Assembly (NCBI GenBank): GCA_026770705.1
Contig: JANJGN010000026.1
Coordinates: 36,456,001 to 36,520,000 of the forward strand
DNA from: Isurus oxyrinchus
Lineage: Eukaryota
Direction: 5' to 3'
DNA length: 64,000 nt
Part shown: in pieces, positions 48,328 to 60,207 of the stretch
Position numbering within the stretch: position 1 is the stretch's first letter
How the letters are laid out: every line of letters starts with the position of its first letter
Made by a program: the position numbers and the translations under genes
Notes under the pieces: model-generated
Seen by the model: the letters and a program-made list of their open reading frames with translations, nothing else
Databases searched by the model: none
Told to the model about the DNA's origin: nothing

Positions 48328-50260
48328 TGTTGTGGTCACTTTGACAAACGGACCACAGGAGTCTCAGGTGCAGGTCACGATCGTTTATTCGAGCAATTGC
48401 AAGGAGAGAACCATCTCAATACAGCTTGAGATAGCACTCTGCTAAATTACAAGTGTTCAACATATTAATACATTATTGGTCACATACAAGAACAGTTTCC
48501 AGATTCCGATCTCGTCAACATGTAGGTTTACATTAAACATAAATCTCTGGTAACAGGTACATGCATTGCATGTCCCTATTTTCACCCAGGCAGAGACTTT
48601 CCCTCCCATCTAAACTGGGACCATCTGTCCTTCCCCTATCTGTTGAAGAGCACACATAAACTTCGTTGTTTTCCAACCTAAGTCTCCAGTCTAACTCCCA
48701 GGACTTTGCTAGTGACTGCAAACCCTGAGGGTGGACAAAGTTTGAGAGTGTGTCAGGTTCATCCGGTTTAACTGTTTAATTGTTGATTTACTGGTTTGTG
48801 CTGGCCTGCCTATAGATTCTAATTTAAATAATTCATTCCCTTATAATGAATTCTCCCTTACCATAAATTCTCATTTCCTTTCTTCCCCCTAACAGGCCCT
48901 TTTGGCCCATGGCCTAGCCCAAGGCAGCCAACAATAGTGATACTGTCCGTCCCTTTACGCACCGTTGCCCATTGATACTGGCCAGTCGTCCAGCTTTGGA
49001 TTGTAATGGCTACTGCCAGGTCACCTGTGTCATCTAGCCCTCCAATTCAAGCCTCTGGCTTCAAAAACTCCCCCAGCACCACCTCTTTTGCCACTTTTGG
49101 GTACGATGAATCAAGTATCTTAAATATGTAACTAGTAACAGCTGAATCACAACCAGTGCATAGGAGGTCGTCCGAATCCACGGCTGTATTTGTACATTTG
49201 AGCCCCAATTCCTCCACCACCATGTGGAGGAAGCTATTTGCTCGATATCCTCTTTTAATGCTCCACCCTGTTGCTGTAGTTTATAATATGTTTTGTATAT
49301 CTGCTGAGCCTGTCTCCGAATTTTGGTTAGGTGCTCGGGTAAAGTGGGAGTTTCATGGGACAACTGGTTGAAATACTGTGCCACGTTATCCTTACGGCTT
49401 TCCTTGACCTGAATAGTAGTCGTTCTTCTCTTGTACATTTCAACCAGTTCCACTTACCCTACCCTTGCTGGCGCCTGTGTGTGTTGGCACACTGAATGAT
49501 TATGTATGGTCACATCGGTTGTTCCCGTATTGGATCTTCTGCTGTCACGTGGTAATACAATCTCTCCCATTCCCCATGTATGCAACATGGGTCGGTACTT
49601 TTGCAGCCCATATTGTTTCCATTGTACAATGTTGTTGCTGCTTTAAATCAGCACTTAGCTTCACCTGTCTCTTTTATTGGGTGTGCATACCACTGCGTTG
49701 GCCTCTATCCTGCACTCTTCTAACGTGGTCCTAACTATATTCCTTTCTATGTCTACTGCATATGGTAGAATGTCATGATACCTAATGAAGTAATTCTCCC
49801 ATATAACGCCAATAATTTCTACTCTATGTCCTGCCGAGTGTTGAAATAGGAATGCCAGGTATTACTAATACAATACCTATTAGCATATTACTATTCACTA
49901 TACATTCAACATTCATTCTATATACGCGTTTTAAGCCTCTGAGCAGGCAATGGTCAAGTCAAGACCCTTGTATCGTGAAAGGTTAAATAAATGCTCATTA
50001 GTTACCCATAAAGGATCTACCCCTTCATTAATCTGTCTTAAATTCCCTCACGCTTGTTCCAGTGCCCAGGATCTATAAGTGCTGCAAACATCACTTCTGC
50101 CTGCTTCGTCCGATATATTTTTCCCCATTTCAGTGAGTTTGTTGATAGTCCCCGCATGACTTTCGAGCATGGTAGCCAGACTTCGGATTAATCGTGTCAT
50201 GCCCTGGCCTGTATTTAATTGGGTGTTATGAATTATGATAGCCGTCAGGTGTTCAATGCA
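48328..50260 (-). mobile_element. LTR retroelement remnant: env-like region + 3' LTR (48894-48328)
   Basis: The LTR has TGTT...AACA termini, a purine-rich tract just upstream and an AATAAA near its end. The internal part encodes a coiled coil, a WWW-rich segment and a TM helix (ASSTWWWRNWG...YALVVIQLLLVTYL). Confidence 0.6.
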
Positions 50261-53200
50261 ATTAATGATCTAAAGTAAAATAGCAAAACGTGCCTTTTCT
50301 ATTTGCCTCATGCAAAAAAAACTAAAATGTAAAATCGACGAGAAGCGAAAGCAACTTACAAATAAGTATTAATTGAAACGAGTAAAGGAGGAGAAAGAAA
50401 TCAGTGTTGAGTGCAAGAAGTGAGGAATAAGTTGTTGATGCTGTTCAAACGGACTTCAGAAGTGAAAGCGAGACAAGGAACGTTTGATAAAATGTAACTA
50501 AAATGTGCAACGTGCACACTCAGCGTATCTTAGTAGAATAAAATGTTATTTGTTTAATTACATTTTGTATGCATGCTTCTGTCACAATGTCACGGTTAAT
50601 CGCCCCTGATTGAACCAGAATCTCAGTATTTTATTCCGTGCTGTGCCTGCGCTGGGGAGCATTTGATGGTACAGCATGGGAGGGCTTTACCCTGTATCTG
50701 TTACTTGCTCCACCTGCCCTGAAAGTGTTTTCTGGGGAGTTGCAGAGGGATTTGTATCTAACCCATGCGGTTAGTCTGGAAATGAGAGATTGGGCAGAGT
50801 AGAGGAGATTTGTTCTGCATCATACCTGTGCTGTTCCTGTCCTTGCAGTCTTTCATTCGGCCGTATCGAGAGAGAATTTCTCGGCATCTAATTGACACGT
50901 TTAGATGATGATCAATATCGATCGAAATAAAATTTGTAAGGAACTGACATATATAAATTACAAAATGTTTATCAACCTTGATTGAATGACTTTAATTTTG
51001 ATTGATGTCCATTCTTGATGAAGAGGCAAGACGTGACACAAGGCTTCCGTCCTTAGGAAATGAACATTACAACTTTATCAACCGTGGAATTAGTAATGCA
51101 AAGTTTATGTCGTTAATGCAAATGAACATGGTTTGTGTTAGTGACTTGGGCATACCAGGGAACTGAGGCCATGATCTCAGAAATGATGTAGAGAATAATC
51201 TTTAGCAACTAGAAAACAATAAAAACGAGATTTACAGTGCTAATAAAATCAACGTAAAAGCATCTGTAATGAACTGGCATAATAATAATACAGGAAAATC
51301 ATAAAGCAATATTTGAGAAGAAATGGAGAATCCGTGATTCACAGGCGGGATTCCACTGGATGGCTCTCCAGACCTCATCTTTGCCCCAAACTTACAGAAC
51401 TCTCAATTCTCTGTTGCCACACGTGGTGCCTTTGCTTTGTGACATCGCACGGAACATGGTGGTGCATTAAGAGCAAGAGTTTATGATTAAACCACAGGTG
51501 TTATGGCACAGGAGACTTACAGTGACCTCTACGAATCATTGTTTCCATGGCCCAATCACACATGGAGATCTGAAGAAGATAGCTAACAACGCTTTCAGCC
51601 AAAATAGCTCCTCAATGTGTCCTATTCAGACAGCGAGTTTTGTAAATCATTTTTTGACTGAATGTCTTTTTATTGGCGACAAATTGAAATTGTCTGGAAA
51701 ATACCGACTCCCACTGTATCTGGAATCCTACTCTTCCACAACATCCCCGCCTCCTTCTGCACAAGTAATATTTACCGTAATAAAATAATGACGACATTGC
51801 ATATAGAGTGCATACGGAGATACAAATTAGGAGCAGGAGTAGCCCTATCGGCCTCTCGAGCTCACTTTGCCATTCACTAAGATTATGGCTGACATGATTG
51901 TGGCCTCAACTTCATTTTTCTTTCGACCCGTGATAATCCTTTACTCCTTTGTCAATCAAGAATCTATTTAAATCAGCTTTTATAATATTCAATGGCCCAG
52001 ACTCCACCGCTTTCTGGGGAAGAGACGGTAAAGACTCACGACCCTATGAGCGACAAAAAAAATCTCCTTATCTTAAATTGGAGACCACATATTTTTTAAA
52101 CCCTGTCCCCTAGTTATGGTCTCCCTCAAAAGGGAAAACATATTTTCCACATCCACCTTATGGAGATAATAAATAGAGTGCACGTTTGTGTGAAGCACAT
52201 CATTATTAATGTGTGCTAATGCATGCCCCTGGTTATCTTGAACTAAACGCTGTCTCATTTATTGCTGCAGGCGACCATGCCTTTGTTTAATTTACATAAG
52301 ATCATGCTGCCATTGTTATTGTCCTTGAGCATGAGACATAACGGCAATCCCGGTCTCAGTTAGCAATGCAGTGCACCGTGCCTTTGTTCATGTTACCGTA
52401 GTTGCTGGCTCTAGTATTAATCAACTACACATTGTCTCCATCGCAATAAACCGCATCTCCTTTTATCAAATTAAATACCATCCCAGTGATTATGTCATGG
52501 CACCTTTTATCTCTATTCATATTACGTTAGAAACAGTTTTTCTTTCTGTAGCATTAGACCTTCCCTGTCGCTCTTCATATACACCAGACCATGCTAATGT
52601 GCAAATATATGTAATGGAAGCAGGAACAGATCACTCGAACCCTCGAGTTCGTTCCACCAGTCAATAACATCCTGACTGATCTGATTGTAACATCGACCTC
52701 ACATTCCCGCCAACCTCCGATAACCTTTCGCGCCACCTCGGCCACCGTGACACACTTTTGTGTTGGCCTGAGGTCGCGAAAAGCGCGGTTGACACCCACA
52801 CAGCACTGGGCGATGTCAGTCGAACACTGCGCCCATGCTGGGTTTCTTAAAGAACTATTCAGTTATCAAGAGAGGCGCTTCAACTCGGCGAACAAGGCGA
52901 AGACATCGGACTACAATGTTTGGAAGGGAGGGTGGGGGCGTTGGGGGTGGGAGTGCGGGGGTAAAAACAAAAACTGCCGGCTTTTTATAAAGAAGGAGCT
53001 GAAAGCTGGCCATGTTTGTATTGATGAGTAAACTGCAAATTTGTTTCCACTTTCCAATAAATGACGTTATTCATTCTGAAAGGAAACGATTGTGTCCATT
53101 ACTCCAGCCGTATTTCCCTTTAGAAATAGTAGATAACTGCCAGTTCGTTACACTCTCCTGCTCTTTTCACTTTGCCCCTCTTTTCCAGTATTTATCCAAT

Positions 53201-54953
53201 TCCCATTTGGAAGTTACTGTTTAATCCGTGCCCAGCTTCCTTCCAGGCAGCACATTCGGGGCCAAAATTCACGTCTCAAAAATAACTCCTCATGTTATCA
53301 AATACGTTATTTTAAGTGTAAGGGCTAAACGTGGAGATCGAGTCTCTGAGGTGTGGAGTTGTTGCTGAGAAAGAATGAATGAAAGAAAGAAAAACAATCA
53401 GGCATTTACATAGCGCCCTTCCCGGCCTCAGGGCGCCCAAAGGGCTTTACAGCCAATTAGAAACTGTTGTAACGCAGGAGACGCGGCAACAAAATGTGGG
53501 CAGAGCAAGATTCCACAAAAAGTAATGTGATAAATGAGCACAAAACTGGTCCCACTGGTGTTAAATGAAGGATAAATATTGGCCAAGCGAACTGGGGGGA
53601 ACACTTTGCTATTTTTTTTAAATTGTTGAATAGAGACAATGAGACATTTTGCAATTCACCTGAGGGCGTAAACATAGGCCATCGTTCATCATCTCACCCA
53701 GAAAGACAGCATGTTCGATGACTCAGGGTTCCTTCAGTACAGACAACAAGAGACTGTCGGCGATGGAATATGAGATTTACATACCTCGATTGAGGGAGCT
53801 TGAGTGGATGATTTGTTATTAAGGTGACAGAGAGTTTTATGCACTGAGAGACTCTGATGGAAGCAGAACAGCATGAGGGGGTTTTATTATTTTTCACCAG
53901 TTAAGGATGTGAACTTACCTGTTTGTCCGGGGCGGGCAGAGGCGGAGGATGACAAGCACAGAATGCCCTGGGGGTTTCAGCATGAGCTTGGAATGTGCCA
54001 GTCTGCGCATACTCAGCCCAGTGATCTGCAGTGGGGAGCATTGCAGTCATCACCAAGGCGCCTGCGTGGTGATGGTGGCTCACAAACATGACAATGGGAC
54101 ACGGGCATGGTTACAGGTGGCGGGAAAAGATAAACCCAGGTTACTGTGTGAGTTGATCAGCAAGAAAGAGGGACCAGGCAGCAAACAGGATGCTGTTAGC
54201 TGGCTATGTAGAGTTGGGGCTCAGGAGAAGTCACAGATGCCGTTTGATAGCTCCGTGCACTTAGAGTTCAGAAGCCCTGGGCAGTAGAGAAAGGCAGCAG
54301 AAGGTGGCAGTCTCCATGCTGCTAAGAGGGTTAGGGCTCAGTGGAAGCTGTGGGAGCCACTGATAGCTTGGTGCAGATGGGGAGATTGGAGCTCAGTAAA
54401 ATGCCCGGGCAGTGGCAGCAGTGAAGCTAGCTGTATGTTCAAGAGCTGAAATTGTGCCAATGATTAGAGATTGAGGTGGAATCTCGGCATATAAGATCAA
54501 ACCACCAGGAGGTGAACAGCCGTGAGGCAGTCCAAGTCAGAGCAGCTTTCGAGAGGATTCAGAGGGTTGTTCTTTGAAAATGAAGAGAGGAATCCCTCGT
54601 GAGGGAGACAAAGATTCTGTAGCTCACTGTGCTCACTGACGTCTTGGTGGGTTGCTGAGAAATCCATGGAATCTGTCTTGGTCTCATCTTCCTTTCAATA
54701 TGCAGTGAGGTCTGTTCAACCACAATTTGCTCACTATTTCATATTTACCTTATGTTAATTATGAATATTAGAGTATCAGATTGATATTGCAAATTGTTTT
54801 ACATTGTTCCATTTGCATGGTGCTGCCAAAGCTTATTTTGTTTATTCGAAACTGTGAAATATTGTGGCTGTATTCTGATAGTAAGCAACCGAGATTTCGA
54901 ACTTTGTCAACTTTAAACAAAACATTAGTGGTCCCTAACTGCTTGATAACACA

Positions 54954-55845
54954 CTATTTAAAGCAAAAGGCAAGGGTCACAAAGGGACATTTCAGCACCT
55001 TCTGCAGCTCATCCCTGAACTTGGTCTGGGCAACTGCGAAGATGAAGATGTTATTGCAGGAACTGAATAACAGGAGCATGTTGGCTGTCTCCTGAAGGAT
55101 GAAGTGCGGGTCATTGAAATCTAGGCCGGTGAAATAGGCATCATCCGCAACCTGCACGTAGAGGAAATGTCCGACATAGGTGACCCACAGGAGGAGGAAG
55201 CTGAAGGAGGTGGTGAAGAGCAGGACAATGGACCTCTTGCAGTTGGCAATCTCTGGGTCTCCATGACCCTCGATGTCCCGGACCGTCCTGCGTGTTCTGC
55301 TAAGATGTGCCTTACGGTCAGGGCATTGAGCAGCAGAATGAGGTGGAACGGGAAGAAAGGGATCAAGATGTGATCTAGCCAGTCGTAGGCCTGCCAGGTG
55401 GGCAAAATGTAGTAGCTGGACTTAATGTCGCAGAACGAAAACACCCCATCCAGAATATACAAGGGCTGGTAGGTGAAGTAGAAAGGGACGTTCTTGGTGC
55501 AGCCCAGAGCACTGACCAGTCCTACAACCAATAACGCAGTTTTCTTGGTGCAGTATCTGGTCTTCGGGCCCTGATTGCAGATGGACACAAAACGGTCAAA
55601 AATTAAGGTCACTGTCAGCCAGACTGAGACATCCCGGGTGGCATAGACAAGCACGGTGCTGACAGCGCACCCTGGAGTGGTAGATAGGACACTATACCTA
55701 AAGTAAATGCCACCAATCCGGTTGAGGATAATGGCATCGCTCATGACAAGGACATCGGTCACCGCTATCGCCACCAGGTAGTTAGTGATGCATCGGGAGA
55801 GCCCGCACCGCCCTCGGGATAGGATTATGATCACCACCAAGTTGG
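54954..55845 (-). pseudogene. GPR139-like GPCR pseudogene (exon 2 only; inverted paralog of 46091-46992)
   Basis: Colinear with the intact copy (NLVVIIILSRGRCGLS, FDRFVSIC, QETANMLLLFSSCNN). The acceptor is mutated CAG>CAT, there is a 7-nt deletion near 55301, and exon 1 is absent. Confidence 0.9.
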
Positions 55846-56069
55846 ATGTAAGAAATAAAAAGAGAGAAAAAAAACTGAGAGAACTCCAGACACCATCTAC
55901 TGCCTCATCCAATCTATTGCTGAAACTCTGATGATCAGTCCCTTCACCACCTCCAGACTCCAATTATTCCAAATTAGTTGCTAACTGTTCGACATCCAAC
56001 GTTGCATTGAACATTTGTCAACACAGAGGACATTACAATCAGTTCTGGTCACAAACTCTGCCCTCTATC

Positions 56070-56573
56070 CACTGCGCCTCGTCTTCCACACTCAGGCCGC
56101 TTATATTGAGATAACCGGACTGTTTAGACTTGTCAGCAGCCGCCAGATATCGTCCTGAGATTTCATCTTTTCTCAGTCCTACTACTTTGGTAATTATCCA
56201 GCTTGGAGGCTGTGCCGATTTATGCTGATACCATTGCATAATGTCTATAGCCTGGTCTGTATATTCGCAATCTAACTGCACCGAACCCCCTTCTGACACG
56301 GTTAACATCACTGGGGTCTGAGTTACTGGATCGGCACACAGTCCGCCTGTGAAAATAGAGAAACAGAAGAGTATACGGTTAAAGAGGATCCATCTAAACA
56401 TCTAAATAACTGCGCAAATTCCCATGAACAAAGCTGTTCATAATATGTATACATCTGCTCGTTAATCCTATTAATTGCTAGTGCAAACCCTTTGCCTCAA
56501 TCTGCTAATGTGTTTTGATTAACATAATCCAGTACTTACTGCCCCAGACAGCCGCCAGTATAATCAGAAACAT
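56070..56573 (-). pseudogene. TCR V with intact leader (56573-56540) and V exon (56346-~56070) truncated at its 3' end
   Basis: Leader MFLIILAAVWG with GTAAGT donor. V reads DPVTQTPVMLTVSEGGSVQLDC...WYQ...SVEDEA and then lacks YYC and any RSS. Confidence 0.9.
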
Positions 56574-56773
56574 GTCTGTCCGAATCTCTTTCAGAGAATG
56601 TGAATGGAATGAGCCAGAGATTGAAGAGGAGAGAGGGAACACCGGCTTTGTTCCGCTCATTGTTCCACCCACACACTGCAGGGGGCCAGGCCCGTTGTGA
56701 TCTCACTCAGGAAACCATCTCTATTGGTCTTGACGTTGGCCACACGTGACTTTCTAATTAGCATGCTTGGGCT

Positions 56774-56792
56774 TGGCGCCCTCTGCTGGTGG
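56774..56792 (-). promoter_or_regulatory. CTCF-like site upstream of the minus-strand V promoter
   Basis: Reverse complement is CCACCAGCAGAGGGCGCCA. Confidence 0.65.
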
Positions 56793-57841
56793 ATTCTGTT
56801 TTCATCCGGTTAAGGGGGCCATTGATTGGATTTGGGGTTTATTGATTTACATATCAAAATATGAATGTCATTTTTTTCCCAGAAGTCTAAATGGGAGCTG
56901 ATCAGAATCAATCTTTTTTTCGTTGGTGTTTATGCAATATTTAAATAATATTAAACGTTTATAACTCGCTGTTTAGGGATCAGGGAACCACCATTTACAT
57001 TGAATGTCAAGATATTGGAGGTAATACACCAGAACGGTACCAGGAATGACGGCCTCCAATAATGGACGAAGGAAATTGGTAATACTATTCCTATGTCAAA
57101 GAATTAAAGGAAGTACTTAATTGAAGTACTCAAAATTATGAGAGGTTTGATGAACCAGATCGTGTACTGTTGTTTCCACTGGGAGAAAATTCGATAATCC
57201 AAGTACCCAAGTTTAAGAGAAAAGAGACAGGGAAAGTTTATATTCACGTATCACACTACCATGTGTTCAAATCTGAATTGTACTGTCTAAAGGGATGGCA
57301 AAATATTCATTAGAAACTTAGAGAAGAAAAGTATATGTAAGTTAGAAGAAAATTATATGCAACTTCAAAGAAGAAACAAACTGCCGACCTTCTTGGAAAA
57401 TGTGGGGTTGAAAGATGAATTGATAACTCTTCCCATGAGGCATAGACATGATAGGCCGAATTGCCTCAATTTCTTGCTCTAAGATTCGATGATTCTAGTT
57501 CCTTCATGTCCCTCCCACTTTACTTGTTGTCAGTCACTTGAACAGTCAGCAGGTGCGGGATAGTCATTGACCTTGAAGGTTCAACAGTCACTATTTCTGC
57601 TCCATCAGTTCCGAGTGCAGATGAGAGTCACCGCACACTTCACAATATTGAGTCTACGGTATCCCCTCCCACAGTTTCCGTTTGCTGCTCTCGCACTGAC
57701 TCGAGTTTGTTATTGGAGAAATTGCTGCCGCTGGTCCACTCCTGTCATTGGTTGGATCAGTAGTGCAGTGGGGTGGGGATTTGTATTTCTGCTCCGACAA
57801 AAGCCTCCTCGCACTGCAGAGTTACAGACTCAGGAACTGTC

Positions 57842-58345
57842 ATGGGGAACCGTTTCGCTTTTTCCTCATCATTATGTCACTTCTCAGTAAATATTTCCTT
57901 CCCCATGAATAATCCGTTTCTTCTAATTACTGCAACACAGATGTTGTTCTTGACAAAGCAATATTGATGGTGATGGTGATGATTATGTTGATCAATATGA
58001 GGCTGATACTGATTGTTGTTATTGCTATTGTCTTATGTTAGACTGGAGCCACCAAGACATAGTGGAACTGCCGGTTGCTGCAATAACGTTTGACGAGAAA
58101 AGTAATATTACAGTAGCTTGCACATTGAAAACAAGCACTTCTAACCATTATGTGTACTGGTACAGTCAGCGCCCCGAGCAGCCTCCACAGTACATGCTTT
58201 ATATTCTGGGAGGGAAACCATTCAGAAATAAGGACATCAGTGATCGGTTTTCAGCAATGTTTAATGAAACTGTAAAGATTACCGAACTCATGATCAGTAA
58301 CATCCTGATCTCTGACAGCGCGGTATATTTCTGTGCGATGGACCC
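57842..58345 (+). CDS. TCR V segment (V exon 58042-58345 open; leader 57842-57886 apparently frameshifted)
   Basis: Reads QDIVELPVAAITFDEKSNITVACTL...YVYWYSQ...SDSAVYFCAMD. RSS CACACTG-24-ACAAAAACC (58346-58385). The leader is 45 nt and out of phase with the V exon. Confidence 0.85.
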
Positions 58346-58406
58346 CACACTGCTGCAGAGATATAGCGGCTACCGTACAAAAACCCACACTGAGAGTTCC
58401 AGTTAG

Positions 58407-58425
58407 TGGTCAGCAGAGGGCGCTC
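58407..58425 (+). promoter_or_regulatory. CTCF-like site just downstream of an RSS
   Basis: TGGTCAGCAGAGGGCGCTC lies about 21 nt after the nonamer. Confidence 0.6.
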
Positions 58426-59195
58426 TCAAACCGAAAAACAGGAGCAATAATCCCGCCTCCACACTGAGAAAAGTTGCAAAAAAACACAGCCTTCTACAAG
58501 AATAAAAAATGACAATTTCAACAGTAATATTAATTTGCGATTTCAAATTACACATGTAATAACATTAACATTACGGACCAATTTGTGGTGCCTTACGTCA
58601 CTTCTTTCTCTTTGGATGCCTTTCCTGCCGATTTGATCCTTCTCCCGCCCTGTCTCCACGCGTTATCCATATTTGCAGACATTTCCTTCATCGGACTTTC
58701 GTTTAAAGGTTTCAAACCTTTGATACTTCGTTGAACATTAACTCAGAACTATGCTAACCCAGCCGTCCATAGGCTCTGTCCCAGTTTTAAACGGTTTAGC
58801 CAATGAAAACTCAATTTATTATTGAATTATTTACTAATGCTGACACACGTGTTCACCCTGCTCGCCTCCAATTTGGAATAAATCTGAAAGAACAGCAGTT
58901 ATTATCGAGAGGCAGAGATATATCACTTTCGAAGGGGACATTATTATTGAATTCAACTCCTTACAAATGGGTCCGATGTGTGACAACATTTACTGCTCTA
59001 GCGCCGCCCACACATTCCGTTTGCTGCCGTCGCTCTGACCCGCCTTGCCTCCCCTGTTATTGAGCAGTTTGATGCCGCTGCTCTCTGTTTGGCATTGTTT
59101 GGATCAGCAGTTCAGCGGGACGGGGCTCACACAGCACAAACAAATTTTGATCAACACAGTTTAACCGCTTGATATTTCGTTCCTCTACCTTGAAG

Positions 59196-59488
59196 GCAGA
59201 CTATGCGCACATCCAGTAACTGAGGCACCGGTTGCAATAACGGTGTCAGAAGGGGGTTCGTTGCAGTTAGACTGTGAATATAGAGAACGGAATATGTATT
59301 ACTTGCAATGGTATCGGCAGCAGACGGCACAGCCTGCAAACTGGATTATTACCAATATCATAGCACTGAAGAAAGATGAAATTTCAGGACGATATCTGGC
59401 AGCTGCTGACCAGTCTCAAAAGAACGGTTACCTCAAAATCAGCCAACTGAGTGTGGAGGACGAGGCGGTTTATTACTGTGCAGTGAGG
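59196..59488 (+). CDS. TCR V segment with open V exon; leader not identified; 12-bp-spacer RSS-like signal
   Basis: AG at 59194-95. Reads HPVTEAPVAITVSEGGSLQLDC...LQWYRQ...EDEAVYYCAVR, followed by CACAGAG-12-TAAACAACC (59489-59516). Confidence 0.85.
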
Positions 59489-60207
59489 CACAGAGTTAGA
59501 ATCTTGTTAAACAACCTCAGCGGCTTTTGATCCCGGGTTCCAGAGGAGCAAAACAGACAGGTCTATTTACCGCTGTTTTATTGTTCTGTTTGTCCTTGTC
59601 CAAATCCACAGAGAAGCAGATTTGGGAAATATATAAACTTATCTTCATCCGCCTTTTATAGGGTAAATAGCTCCCAAATTACGCGGATATCGATTTGCCA
59701 ACAGAGGCAAAGAAAGCTCTCAGAAGTGGAGTTCCTATAACTGATAATTCTGGGTTGCTCTTACAGAACCGTTAACTCAGGTGGACCCAGGATGGATTGG
59801 TGGATGGGTGGATTGATTAGTTTTTATTGGGGAAAAATAATTCTATTATTTCGTTGGACGGGGGCGTGAATATCTTCATTCACATTGAACAAGTGCTCTT
59901 TTTAAGACGATGGTCAATTAGATATCAAGCAATCTCTCAGATCAATTAGTCATCAAGGGTCTATATTTACTGGCCTCTCTGCTCAGCAGAATGCGCCGTT
60001 AAAGTCTTAGTTCTCAGAAATCAATAGATTTGTGGTTATGGAATTGACATCAGACCAATGAGATCCAGTGATCTCAGCTCTTCCTTTGGCAGGTTCTGCA
60101 GGGAGTGACATCAGATCAGAAGCAGCCAGTGTTCTCAGCTTTTTCTTGTTTCATATTCTGCGGGTTTCTGACGCACAACTTGTCCCCCAAACCCCGGAGC
60201 AGCTGCA

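Noticed and set aside
55846-56346. A currently functional V-GPCR fusion protein
   Set aside because: The V frame stops at 56039, the GPCR acceptor is CAT and exon 2 is frameshifted.
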